Part shown: in pieces, positions 49,556-59,554 of the stretch | Layout of the letters: every line of letters begins with the position of its first letter | Numbering within the stretch: the first letter of the stretch is position 1 | Assembly: GCA_965197425.1 (NCBI GenBank) | Contig: CBDANC010000012.1 | Coordinates: 64,001-128,000 of the forward strand | Source: Bdellovibrionales bacterium | GTDB taxonomy: Bacteria; Bdellovibrionota; Bdellovibrionia; Bdellovibrionales; JAUICD01 | Direction: 5' to 3' | DNA: 64,000 bases | The notes under the pieces: generated by a model | Database searches by the model: none | Seen by the model: only the letters and a program-made list of their open reading frames with translations | Told to the model about the DNA's origin: nothing | Translations under genes and position numbers: made by a program

Positions 49556-50098
49556 ATGAAAGTGTTGGATGTAAAACTTTACCCTGATCCTATTTTGAGA
49601 AGTGTAGCTGAGCCTGTGGGTGATGTGAAAAAGTATAGTTCTTTGGTGGATGATATGTTAAAAACTATGTACAATGCGAATGGTATTGGCCTTGCTGCCG
49701 TTCAGGTTGGCGAGCTTGTTAGACTTGTAGTGATTGATATATCTGTTTCTGACAAGTATAAGGATCAGCACCAGAAGCTTACTGATTTGGAACGGAGCGT
49801 GAAGTATCCTCTTGTTTTATTTAATCCTGAAATTGTATCCAAAGAGGGTGATATTTGCTTTGAAGAAGGTTGTCTTAGTATTCCTGGTTATACTGGAGAG
49901 GTTCCAAGATCCCGGCATATTAAGGTATCTTTTCAGGATAGAGATGGTAAGTCTGTGACTACGGAGACTGATGGTTTATTGTCTGTTTGTATTCAGCATG
50001 AGATCGATCATTTAAATGGAGTTTTATTTTTAGATAAGATGGATAAAGAAAAATCCAAAGCTATTAAGGCACATATTAAAGAACATGGATTTAGCTAG
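49556..50098 (+). CDS. def: Peptide deformylase
   Basis: GIGLAAVQVG, EGCLSIP, QHEIDHLNG. Confidence 0.96.
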   Translation: MKVLDVKLYPDPILRSVAEPVGDVKKYSSLVDDMLKTMYNANGIGLAAVQVGELVRLVVIDISVSDKYKDQHQKLTDLERSVKYPLVLFNPEIVSKEGDICFEEGCLSIPGYTGEVPRSRHIKVSFQDRDGKSVTTETDGLLSVCIQHEIDHLNGVLFLDKMDKEKSKAIKAHIKEHGFS

Positions 50099-51020
50099 GG
50101 TTTTATTTTTAGCAACACCTAAATTTGCTATTCCTACTTTAGAGGGTTTGTTGTCCAATCCTTCCATTGAGATTGTTGGTGTAGTAACTCCTCCTGATAA
50201 AAAATCAGGAAGAAATTTAAAAACCAATGAATCTGCTTTGAGTTATTTTGCAAAGCAAATGAGGCTTCCTTTATTTAAGTTTGAGTCTGTAAACAGTGCA
50301 GATGCTTTGAAAGTGTTAAAACCTCTTAATGTGGATTGTGTTTTGGTGATTGCATTTGGACAGATATTATCTGTGGATTTTTTAAAATCTTTTCCAATGG
50401 CAATAAATATGCATGCTAGTTTACTTCCAAAGTTAAGAGGCGCTTCTCCTATACAAAGAGCACTTATGAATGGTGATAGAGTTACTGGCATAACAATGCA
50501 ATTTATGCATGAAAAAGTAGATAGGGGCGATATTATTGCAAGCTTTGAGCAGGTTATTGATGATGATATGACTTATGTTGATCTTTGTAAAAAGTTGGAA
50601 GTTTTAACAAGTAAGTTGGCACAAAAATATTTGTTAAAAGTGATACGTGGTGAAGTGAGTGCTGTTAAACAAGATGATACTTTGGCTACTTATGCTACCA
50701 AGATAAAAAAGGACGAGGGATTTATTGATTTTAATGCTAAGGCTTCAGATATTTATAATTTGTATAGAGGTTTATATTCGTGGCCTGGGGTTTATTTCAA
50801 AAAAGGTGGTTTGATTAAAATAACTAAGATGAAGTTGGGCAGTTTATCGGCTAAAAAGTCTGGGATGGTGCTTGGTATTACTAAAAATCATATGACAGTA
50901 TCTTGCAAAGAGGGGTCTGTGGATATTTTGAGGCTTAAGCCTGAGTCGAGAAAGGACATGAGTGCTTATGAGTTTGCCAATGGTTTTAAGGTTGAGGTTG
51001 GTTGTATTATAAATGATTAA
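50085..51020 (+). CDS. fmt: Methionyl-tRNA formyltransferase
   Basis: VVTPPDKKSGR, AFGQIL, INMHASLLPKLRGASPIQ. Confidence 0.95.
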   Translation: MDLARVLFLATPKFAIPTLEGLLSNPSIEIVGVVTPPDKKSGRNLKTNESALSYFAKQMRLPLFKFESVNSADALKVLKPLNVDCVLVIAFGQILSVDFLKSFPMAINMHASLLPKLRGASPIQRALMNGDRVTGITMQFMHEKVDRGDIIASFEQVIDDDMTYVDLCKKLEVLTSKLAQKYLLKVIRGEVSAVKQDDTLATYATKIKKDEGFIDFNAKASDIYNLYRGLYSWPGVYFKKGGLIKITKMKLGSLSAKKSGMVLGITKNHMTVSCKEGSVDILRLKPESRKDMSAYEFANGFKVEVGCIIND

Positions 51021-51672
51021 AGTATCTGCTAGTGTATTGGCATTTGATCTTGCAAATATAGATTCTGAGATAAAGAAGCTAGAGGATACTGGTGTTGATT
51101 ACATTCATGTAGATGTCATGGATGGTAAATTTGTCCCAAATACCACTGATATGGATCCCGATTTTGTCTCGTCTATTAAGTCTATTACTAGTTTACCTTT
51201 AGATGTGCATTTGATGGTAGAAGATCCACAAAGTGTTATCCGCAAGTTTGTGAATGCTGGTGCGGACATGATAACTTTTCATGTTGAAGCGGTTAAGGAT
51301 GTAAAGAAAGTTATAGAGAATATTAAGTCATTTGATGTTTTAGCTGGCTTAGCTTTTAAACCCGGTATTGATTTAGAAGTTATTTATCCTTTTCTACCTG
51401 CTCTTGATCTTGTGTTAGTTATGACAGTAATGCCTGGTTTTGCTGGTCAGGATTTTATGTGGGATGAGGCTTATAATATTTCTAAGCTCAAAAATTTTGT
51501 AAAAAATAAAGATCTAGATACCATAATAAGTGTGGATGGTGGAATAAATGATAGAACAAAAGATATATGCATTAAAAATGGGGCTGATATTTTGGTATCT
51601 GGAAGTTTTATTGCACAAAATTGTTCCTCCGATGCAATTGCCACTTTAAAAGAGATACCCAATGGACCTTGA
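51013..51672 (+). CDS. rpe: Ribulose-phosphate 3-epimerase
   Basis: IHVDVMDGKFVPN, DVHLMV, MTVMPGFAGQ, VDGGIN. Confidence 0.95.
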   Translation: MIKVSASVLAFDLANIDSEIKKLEDTGVDYIHVDVMDGKFVPNTTDMDPDFVSSIKSITSLPLDVHLMVEDPQSVIRKFVNAGADMITFHVEAVKDVKKVIENIKSFDVLAGLAFKPGIDLEVIYPFLPALDLVLVMTVMPGFAGQDFMWDEAYNISKLKNFVKNKDLDTIISVDGGINDRTKDICIKNGADILVSGSFIAQNCSSDAIATLKEIPNGP

Positions 51673-51699
51673 AGCAACTTTTATCGTATTATACCTACA

Positions 51700-51916
51700 A
51701 AGCTGGGCAACTCTGATTTCGCCTAGGCAACTTTCAGTTCTTGCTGAGACCTTGTGTGGAAGGATCAGCATCTTGTTCTAGTGTTGGGCAACCACTCAGT
51801 CAAAAAACCGACCGCAGGGAGGTTATTTCAATTGGATAATATAAAGATTTATCCCATGAGCCAATTGAACCAAAGTGAACAAGTCCACTTGTTTTTGACT
51901 TCGTTCGGAAGACCTT
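51700..51916. repeat. Family-1 mosaic repeat, locus M (66-bp element at 51808-51873)
   Basis: Near-identical to 34436-34588. Confidence 0.93.
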
Positions 51917-51940
51917 GAGCTTGACAAGGTAATTTTATGT

Positions 51941-53950
51941 GTGAGAGTTTTATTGTGTGAATCTTTTTTTAAGAGCTTATTTAGCAAAATCTTGATGCTG
52001 GGTACCCGTAGCATAAAAGTAAATTTACCTAAAGGTTGTAAGGTTTTTGACTCTGATGGTGTGTCAGGCCCTAGTGTATTGGATGTAGCTTGTTCTATTA
52101 GTCCTAACTTAGCTTCCAATGCTCTTGGTGGTTTGGTGAATGGTAAGTTAGAGGATGTTAGGTATAATTTATCTGATGGGGATCACCTTGAGATTATTAC
52201 ATCTAAACATCCTAGGTCTCTTGAGGTGGTTAGGCACTCTGCTGCGCATGTATTAGCTCAGGCTGTTCAGAGTTTATTTGATGTGCAGGTTACAATAGGT
52301 CCTATTATTGAGGACGGTTTTTATTATGATTTTTATTGTAAGGGTTTTTCTTTTTCAAAAGATGATTTTCCTAAGATAGAGAAAAAAATGAGAGAGATTA
52401 TAAAGTCTGATTTTGTGATTGAGCGTTCTGTTTTATCTAAGGCTTTGGCTTCGGAGAAGTTTGAAAATCTTGGTGAGAGTTTTAAGGTTGAGCTTATTAA
52501 TGACTTAGATTTGGATGAGGTAAGTATTTACACTCAGGGTGACTGGTTAGATTTGTGCAAAGGACCTCATGTTCAAAGGACTGGTCAGATTAAGGAATTT
52601 GCTCTTTTATCTAATGCTGGTTCTTATTGGCGTGGTGATGAAACTCGTCAGTCTTTACAGCGGATCTATGGCACTGCTTGGAATACTAAAAAAGAGCTTG
52701 GTGATTATTTAGAAAAGTTGGAAGAAGCCAAAAAAAGAGATCATCGTGTGCTAGGCAAGCAGATGAAGCTTTTTTATTTTAGTCATCATTCTCCTGGGAG
52801 CCCTTTTTTTACTCCGAATGGTACAATAATTTATAATGAACTTACATCTTTCATAAAGGAACTTTATATAAAGAGGGGTTATCATGAGGTTATAACTCCA
52901 CAAATTTATGATTGTGAAATGTATAAAACTTCTGGTCATTATGATAATTTTTCCAAGGACATGTTTTTTATAAATCAGGATAAGGAATATGCTTTAAAAC
53001 CTATGAATTGTCCTGGACATTGTTTGTTGTACAAGATGGGTCAATATTCTTATAGAGACTTGCCTTTAAGGATTGCTGATTTTGGTAGGCTTCATCGTTT
53101 TGAGCGAAGTGGTGTGTTACATGGTATGACTAGGGTAAGAACAATGTGTCAAGACGATGCTCATATATTTTGTACTGAGGATCAGTTGGATTTCGAAATT
53201 AAGTCTTTTATAGAGTTTTTAAAAGAGGTTTATGAAAAGCTGGGTCTTGAGGATATTGTGGTAAAAGTTGCAACTAGGCCTGATAAGAGAGTTGGTTCTG
53301 ACAAGTTGTGGGATGTTAGTGAAAAAATTTTGATGGATTCTTTGAGTGCCATGGGTATAACTTTTTCTGTTGAAAGTGGTGAGGGTGCTTTTTATGGTCC
53401 TAAGATGGAGTTTCACATAACTGATGCTATTGGCAGATCTTGGCAGTTGGGAACTTTACAATTGGATTATTCTATGCCAAGTAGATTTGGTTTGGAGTAT
53501 ACAGATAGTTCTAATAAAAAGTGTACTCCTATAATGTTGCATAGAGCTATTTTAGGAACTTTGGAGCGTTTTATAGGTGTTTACATAGAACATTGTGCGG
53601 GTCATCTCCCTACTTGGCTTTCTCCTGTACAGGTTGTGATAATGAATGTTTCTGAAAGTCAGGCTTCATATTCCAAATCTCTGTTTGATAAACTTGTGGG
53701 GGAAGGTATTAGGGTTAAGTTGGATAGTAGAAACGAAACTCTGGGTTATAAGTTAAGAGATGCACAGGTGGCAAAGGTACCGTATTTTGCTATTGTTGGA
53801 AAAAAGGAAGTTTCGGATAACACAGTCTCTGTGCGATCCAGTTCTTCTAAAGAAAGCATTAGTATGGATGTTGGCAAATTTGTAAATAATTTGAAAAAAG
53901 AAATAATTAACAAGGATTATAGGAGGTTTTATCAGACTAAGAAGGAATAG
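51941..53950 (+). CDS. thrS: Threonine--tRNA ligase (true start probably near ATG 51995)
   Basis: RHSAAHVLAQAV, DLCKGPHV, RDHRVLG, LKPMNCPGH, LHRAILGTLERF. Confidence 0.96.
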   Translation: MRVLLCESFFKSLFSKILMLGTRSIKVNLPKGCKVFDSDGVSGPSVLDVACSISPNLASNALGGLVNGKLEDVRYNLSDGDHLEIITSKHPRSLEVVRHSAAHVLAQAVQSLFDVQVTIGPIIEDGFYYDFYCKGFSFSKDDFPKIEKKMREIIKSDFVIERSVLSKALASEKFENLGESFKVELINDLDLDEVSIYTQGDWLDLCKGPHVQRTGQIKEFALLSNAGSYWRGDETRQSLQRIYGTAWNTKKELGDYLEKLEEAKKRDHRVLGKQMKLFYFSHHSPGSPFFTPNGTIIYNELTSFIKELYIKRGYHEVITPQIYDCEMYKTSGHYDNFSKDMFFINQDKEYALKPMNCPGHCLLYKMGQYSYRDLPLRIADFGRLHRFERSGVLHGMTRVRTMCQDDAHIFCTEDQLDFEIKSFIEFLKEVYEKLGLEDIVVKVATRPDKRVGSDKLWDVSEKILMDSLSAMGITFSVESGEGAFYGPKMEFHITDAIGRSWQLGTLQLDYSMPSRFGLEYTDSSNKKCTPIMLHRAILGTLERFIGVYIEHCAGHLPTWLSPVQVVIMNVSESQASYSKSLFDKLVGEGIRVKLDSRNETLGYKLRDAQVAKVPYFAIVGKKEVSDNTVSVRSSSSKESISMDVGKFVNNLKKEIINKDYRRFYQTKKE

Positions 53951-54500
53951 AACAAATAAGGGCCTTGGGGTTAATAAGGAGATAACCTCTGAAGTTTTAA
54001 GGGTTATTGGTCCAGATGGAACGATGTTTGGAGTAATGAAAAAGCAAGATGCAATTAATCGTGCAGAAGATTTAGGTCTTGATTTGATAGAGGTTGCACC
54101 CAACAGTGATCCTCCCACTTGCAAGATAATGAATTATGGCAAGTATAAATATGAGCAAAAAAAGAAAAATCAGGAGGCAAAAAAAAGACAAACTATAATT
54201 ACTGTAAAGGAGATAAAGTTAAGGCCTAGAACAGATACTGGCGATTTGCAAACAAAGTTAAAACATACAAGAAAATTTTTAGAGCAAGGGAACAAAGCAA
54301 AAATTACTATTAGGTTTAGAGGCCGTGAGATGGCACATCAGGAAATTGGAAAAGACCAATTAGATAAAGTGATGAAAGCTTTAGAGGATATATCTGTTGT
54401 AGAGGTTGAGCCAAAAATGGAAGGAAGACAAATGTTTGCTATGCTTGCACCTAATCCTACTGTTTTAAAAGAGTTAGCCAAAAAGAAATCAAAAGCATAA
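53931..54500 (+). CDS. infC: Translation initiation factor IF-3, probable non-canonical ATC start
   Basis: The frame is open 31 codons upstream of ATG 54024 (..VNKEITSEVLRVIGPDG), back to ATC 53931 after AGGAGG; LDLIEVAP, YGKYKYE, FRGREMAH. Confidence 0.9.
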   Translation: MRLRRNRTNKGLGVNKEITSEVLRVIGPDGTMFGVMKKQDAINRAEDLGLDLIEVAPNSDPPTCKIMNYGKYKYEQKKKNQEAKKRQTIITVKEIKLRPRTDTGDLQTKLKHTRKFLEQGNKAKITIRFRGREMAHQEIGKDQLDKVMKALEDISVVEVEPKMEGRQMFAMLAPNPTVLKELAKKKSKA

Positions 54501-54780
54501 AGGTCTTCCGAGTACATCTGCTTCTTCTATAGGGTTTTTGTGGTCTATGAGATCTAATATAGCTTGTGTTTCTCTTAGTGAACCTAAGCTTATTGCATAG
54601 AATCTTTTTCTATCTTTTGCTGTTGGCTTTGCACTTCCTTCTGCAATATTTAGTAGAATGCTCAAAGTAGCTCTTTGAAATTGATTTTTGAGCGGTTCTC
54701 TCAGATAAAGGTTTTTTGAGTTTTTATAAAACTCTTTAGCCAGTTGGTATGTTTTTAATTTTTTTGGAAAAATTAGGGAT
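54499..54780 (-). pseudogene. Second four-helix-bundle gene, 3'-truncated by a family-1 end
   Basis: Closely matches 39352-39720 without the 66-bp insert; after ADVLG the sequence switches to GGAAGACCTT. Confidence 0.75.
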
Positions 54781-54811
54781 ATGACAGATTTCTGTTGCCG
54801 GATCACAGATA

Positions 54812-54867
54812 CAGATCCCAGATCCCAGATCCCAGATCCCAGATCCCAGATCCCAGATCCCAGATCT
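54812..54867. repeat. Heptanucleotide tandem repeat (CAGATCC)x7 plus one variant unit
   Basis: Read directly from the sequence; lies upstream of the four-helix-bundle gene. Confidence 0.95.
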
Positions 54868-54904
54868 AATAATGAATCAAGCTAGGTTTATTGTCAGTGG
54901 CCTC

Positions 54905-57463
54905 TCAGTGTTGATTTAGGAAGTAGTGTAAGATTCCTTTATTTTTGTAGTATAGTAGTTCGTTGTTTGTATCAATTCTGCATTTTAATTTTATATTTCC
55001 AAGTTTACTAAATTGTGCTTCTATAGTTGCCCTTGTTGATAGTTTATCTAGTTTTATTGATATACTCTGGTTTGAGTTTTTTGCTAGTTCATCAAGGTCT
55101 ATGTCCTCTTGAAATTCTAGTGGTAATACTCCCACACCTATTAAATTGGATCTATGTATCCTTTCAAAGCTTTTTGCTATGACAGCTTTTACTCCTAATA
55201 GACTTGTGCCTTTTGCTGCCCAATCTCGTGATGATCCCATGCCATAGTCTTTTCCAGCTATTACTATTAGCGGAACATTGTTTTGTTGGTATTTTTGTGA
55301 AGCATCATAGATAAACGTTGGTTCTTTTTCATTTTCATAAAGTGTGAAGCCTCCCATTTTATCTACCATTTTATTTCTAAGTCTTATATTGCTGAAAGTA
55401 CCTCTCATCATAACTTCGTGGTTACCTCTTCTTGCCCCAAATGAGTTAAAGTCACGTACTTTTATATTTAAGCTTTTTAGATAATTTCCAGCAGCACTAT
55501 CAGGGGCGATAGAACCTGCAGGTGATATGTGATCTGTGGTGGTACTATCTCCTAGTATAGCTAGAATTTTTGCATCTTTAATATCACTAATTGTTGTAGG
55601 TTCTTTTATATTTTTGAAAAACGGAGGTTTTTTTATGTAGGTGCTATTATTGTTCCAACTATATTTACTCCCCCCTGTTGCTTTTATATCTTTCCATTGT
55701 TGTGTGCCGTCAAACACTGAGTTATATTTTTCAAATATTTTAGAAGTTAAAAATTTATCTTCATATCCTTTGATTTCATCATTAGTTGGCCAAAGATCTT
55801 TTAGAGATATTTTATTATCTCCAAAACTATCTATCGAAGCATTCATGCTTCCTGCAAATGCGTAGGCAACAACTAATGGCGGTGAAGCTAGATAGTTTAA
55901 GGTAGTGTGTGGTGAAACTCTTCCCTCAAAATTTCTATTTCCAGAAAGAACACTTGCTACTGACAGATCATGTTTTTTAATTGTGTTAGCTATATTTTCG
56001 TTTATCGGGCCTGAATTTCCGATACATGTGGTACAACCGTAGCCAACATTTTGAAATCCACACTTATCTAGCTCTGCTTGTAGTCCTGATTTTTCTAAAT
56101 ATTCTGAAACAATTTGAGAGCCTGGTGCTAAGGAAGTTTTAACCCATGGCTTTACTTTTAATCCAAGTTCATTGGCTTTTTTGGCCACAAGACCTGCTGC
56201 AATCATAACATGTGGGTTGGATGTGTTAGTGCAGCTAGTGATGGCAGCTATAACCACATCTGCATTTGCAAGATCAAAATTTTCCCCTTCTACTTTAAAA
56301 CGAGGCGTGGTTGTTTTATTTCCTAAATGGTTTTTAAGTTCATTTTTAGTATTTTTTAATGCAATTCTATCCTGTGGTCTTTTTGGTCCTGCTAATGACG
56401 GCTCTAGTTTGGATAAATTAATTTCAATGGAATTTTCAAAATTTGGCTCGACATCATCTAACCATAGACCTTGTGCTTTAGAGTACTGTTCCACTAATTT
56501 TATAAGTTTATCACTTCTATTTGTTAGTTTTAAATAAGATAGAGTTTCATTATCTACAGGAAAAAAACCGCAGGTAGCACCGTACTCAGGTGACATATTA
56601 GAGATTGTTGCTCTGTCAGCCAGACTAAGTGAACCAACATCTCCATAAAATTCAACAAACTTACCCACAACATTTAGTTTTCTTAAAGCTTCTGTTATGT
56701 GTAGTACTAAATCTGTGGCAGTAATACCCTCTGGCATTTCTCCTACAATTTTTACGCCAACAACTTTTGGTATAAGCATTGAGATTGGTTCACCTAACAT
56801 AGCTGATTCGGCTTCAATACCACCTACTCCCCAACCTAGTACACCAATCCCATTTACCATTGTTGTATGAGAGTCTGTGCCTACACAGGTATCTGGGTAT
56901 AAAAGGTTATTATCTTTCATAACCACTTTTGCCAGGTATTCTAAGTTTATTTGATGGCAAATACCGGTACCGGGTGGAACAATAGATAAGTTATTAAATG
57001 CAGATTTAGCCCATTTTAAAAATTCATATCTTTCAGAATTCCTTTCAAACTCCCTTTTTACGTTATATTCAAATGCCCCCTGTGAAGCATATTTATCAAC
57101 ACTAAGGGAATGATCAATTACTAAATCTACTGGAATAACAGGGTTGATTTTATTAGGGTCTTTGTTCAGTTCAGTTGATGCATCTCTCATGGCTGATAGA
57201 TCTACAATCGCTGGCACTCCCGTAAAATCCTGCATTAGAACTCTGCTGGGATAAAAGCCTATTTCATAATCTTTTTTGGTTAAATTAACCAAAGCTTCTA
57301 TGTCATCTTTTGTAACAACCTTTCCATCTTCATGTCTTAATAAATTTTCTAATAAAATTTTAAGGCTCTTTGGATGTTTTTTTACATCAAGTTTGGTTAA
57401 GTTATAAAAATCAAAGTCACCTTCTGATGTAGAGAGAGTAGTTTTTGTATTAAAGCTATCCAT
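54905..57463 (-). CDS. acnA: Aconitate hydratase A
   Basis: RVLMQDFTGVP, GICHQINLE, GTDSHTT, AAITSCTNTSNP, GCTTCIGNSG, TTDHISPAG. Confidence 0.97.
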   Translation of the reverse strand: MDSFNTKTTLSTSEGDFDFYNLTKLDVKKHPKSLKILLENLLRHEDGKVVTKDDIEALVNLTKKDYEIGFYPSRVLMQDFTGVPAIVDLSAMRDASTELNKDPNKINPVIPVDLVIDHSLSVDKYASQGAFEYNVKREFERNSERYEFLKWAKSAFNNLSIVPPGTGICHQINLEYLAKVVMKDNNLLYPDTCVGTDSHTTMVNGIGVLGWGVGGIEAESAMLGEPISMLIPKVVGVKIVGEMPEGITATDLVLHITEALRKLNVVGKFVEFYGDVGSLSLADRATISNMSPEYGATCGFFPVDNETLSYLKLTNRSDKLIKLVEQYSKAQGLWLDDVEPNFENSIEINLSKLEPSLAGPKRPQDRIALKNTKNELKNHLGNKTTTPRFKVEGENFDLANADVVIAAITSCTNTSNPHVMIAAGLVAKKANELGLKVKPWVKTSLAPGSQIVSEYLEKSGLQAELDKCGFQNVGYGCTTCIGNSGPINENIANTIKKHDLSVASVLSGNRNFEGRVSPHTTLNYLASPPLVVAYAFAGSMNASIDSFGDNKISLKDLWPTNDEIKGYEDKFLTSKIFEKYNSVFDGTQQWKDIKATGGSKYSWNNNSTYIKKPPFFKNIKEPTTISDIKDAKILAILGDSTTTDHISPAGSIAPDSAAGNYLKSLNIKVRDFNSFGARRGNHEVMMRGTFSNIRLRNKMVDKMGGFTLYENEKEPTFIYDASQKYQQNNVPLIVIAGKDYGMGSSRDWAAKGTSLLGVKAVIAKSFERIHRSNLIGVGVLPLEFQEDIDLDELAKNSNQSISIKLDKLSTRATIEAQFSKLGNIKLKCRIDTNNELLYYKNKGILHYFLNQH

Positions 57464-57466
57464 ACC

Positions 57467-57932
57467 AAGGTTTTCCTAACGAGACCAATAAGGCGAACTT
57501 CGTTTGCCTTTTTTCAATTGGTTCACGGGATAAATCTTTATATTATCCAATTGGATGAACCTCCTTTGCAGTCGGTTTTTTCAATAAAGGTGAGGTTAGC
57601 GAACAGCAAATAAATCTGGCTTTGCCAGTTTTTTGCTGTGAGTGCCTGTTTCACCGAGTGGTTGCCCAGCTCTACACATGTCATCAAACTCATCTCCACT
57701 GAGGGTATCGTAATATGATTTGCTTTAAAACTCAAGCACTGACCCCCACTTGCCAACAAAGTGAACTTGTTTGCTTGGTTCAATTGGCTCACGGGATAAA
57801 TCTTTATATTATCCAATTGAAATAACCTCCCTGCGGTCGGTTTTTGGCCGAGTGACTGTTTCCAGGTCTAACTAAGGCTAGGGAACTTTCATATTTCACC
57901 AATTCATCTTTTAGCTTGATTAGGAAGACCTT
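57467..57932. repeat. Family-1 mosaic repeat, locus O (66-bp element at 57775-57840, variant core at 57513-57575)
   Basis: AAGGTTTTCC...GGAAGACCTT inverted ends; modules shared with A, D, J. Confidence 0.92.
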
Positions 57933-57958
57933 GACCCGTTGGGTTGTGACAAAGTATA

Positions 57959-59542
57959 TTGCCAAAAGTGTTTAAACCAGCATTTATTTTAATCACTTCT
58001 TTGGCACTATCTTCTAGTGTTTTAAATCCTGTTAAGCTCGATTCCCCACGAGACACAATGAAAACATTTATGGAAACCATGAATGAGTATAGAGATGGTG
58101 TGGAGAATAACGACCAGGAGAAACAAGACAGGATAAATGATGCAATAAAAACTTTAAATTTAAGTGATATTGCACCACTTCTAAAACAAAAAATAGGTAA
58201 AGAATCAGCTATCTTTCTAAAAGAAGTTATAGACAGAGTTATTTTAATTGATTTTTCAAAAGTACCTGACACAACGGATGGTAGTTTACACAGATGGAGA
58301 TTAAAAGATACAGATATAACAATTGTACAAATTGAAGAGAGAGAAGATAAAGGCAAATATTTATTTTCAAAAGATACAATACAAAATGCCAAAAGATATT
58401 ATCAAAAAGTAAAAGACTTGCCTTATTTAGAAAATTCAGGGCAAGGAGCTTTGTATAAAAAACCAATAAGTGAGCAAATAGTACCAGAATGGAGCAAGCA
58501 AAAACTAGGCCCACTGTTTCTGTGGCAGTGGTTAGGATTAGTAATTGCGTGCCTTGTTAGTATCTCCGTACATTATCTAACTAAACTAGTATTAGTAATA
58601 TTTTTAACTATTACTAAAAAAACGAAAAATATTTTAGATGATCTTATTATAAAAGGTGCAAAAAATTCTTTTTCAAAATCTGTTGCATTAGTATTTTTGC
58701 TAGTAAGTATACATATACTTCAAATTGAAGGGCTTACACTACAAATATTGACAGCTATTGTTCAAGTAGTCTTAAGCTTCTATTTAATAAAGCTATTTTA
58801 TAAGCTAACAGAAGTGCTATTAGATACCTATTTAGATAAACTTACAATTACTAGATTTGAATCTCAATTTATTCATTTGTTTAAGCGAGTTATAAAAATA
58901 TTGGTAATTGCATTAGGGACACTTGTAGCAGTTCAAAACTTAGGGATTAATGTTATGGGAGTGATGGCAGGGTTAGGATTAGGAGGCTTAGCATTTGCTT
59001 TGGCTGCAAAAGATACCTGTGCCAATTTGTTTGGCTCAATCACAATATTTTTAGATAAACCGTTTGAGGTAGGAGATTGGGTAATATCTCAGGATATAGA
59101 AGGAACAATAGAAAATATTGGGTTTCGATCTACAAAGGTTAGAACTTTCTATAACTCTCTAGTTTCAGTACCAAATGCTCTTCTAGCAACCTCCAACATT
59201 GATAATATGGGAAAAAGAAAGTCTAGAAGAATGAAACACTTCTATACAATAACCTACGATACTCCAGTGGATACTGTTAAGGACTTCGTGAAAGGTATAA
59301 AGCAAATTGTTGTAAACCATCCAAGAACTAATGATGAATTTCATGTAACGGTACATAGCATGAAAGATTCAGGGATAGATATTATGCTTTACTGCTTTTT
59401 AAAATCAAAAGACTGGGATGAAGAACTTACAGACAAGCAAGATATTCATCTAAAAATTGCTTCTCTTGCAAAAGAGAAAAATATCAAATTTTCTTTTGAT
59501 TACAATAATGATTTAACCAATCTATTTTCAAAGACAAACTAA
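57959..59542 (+). CDS. MscS-family mechanosensitive channel with periplasmic N-terminal domain (start possibly GTG 57968)
   Basis: GLGLGGLAFALAAKDT..NLFG, DKPFEVGDW, IGFRSTKVRTF, VPNA. Confidence 0.9.
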   Translation: MPKVFKPAFILITSLALSSSVLNPVKLDSPRDTMKTFMETMNEYRDGVENNDQEKQDRINDAIKTLNLSDIAPLLKQKIGKESAIFLKEVIDRVILIDFSKVPDTTDGSLHRWRLKDTDITIVQIEEREDKGKYLFSKDTIQNAKRYYQKVKDLPYLENSGQGALYKKPISEQIVPEWSKQKLGPLFLWQWLGLVIACLVSISVHYLTKLVLVIFLTITKKTKNILDDLIIKGAKNSFSKSVALVFLLVSIHILQIEGLTLQILTAIVQVVLSFYLIKLFYKLTEVLLDTYLDKLTITRFESQFIHLFKRVIKILVIALGTLVAVQNLGINVMGVMAGLGLGGLAFALAAKDTCANLFGSITIFLDKPFEVGDWVISQDIEGTIENIGFRSTKVRTFYNSLVSVPNALLATSNIDNMGKRKSRRMKHFYTITYDTPVDTVKDFVKGIKQIVVNHPRTNDEFHVTVHSMKDSGIDIMLYCFLKSKDWDEELTDKQDIHLKIASLAKEKNIKFSFDYNNDLTNLFSKTN

Positions 59543-59554
59543 AGTTTAATATCT

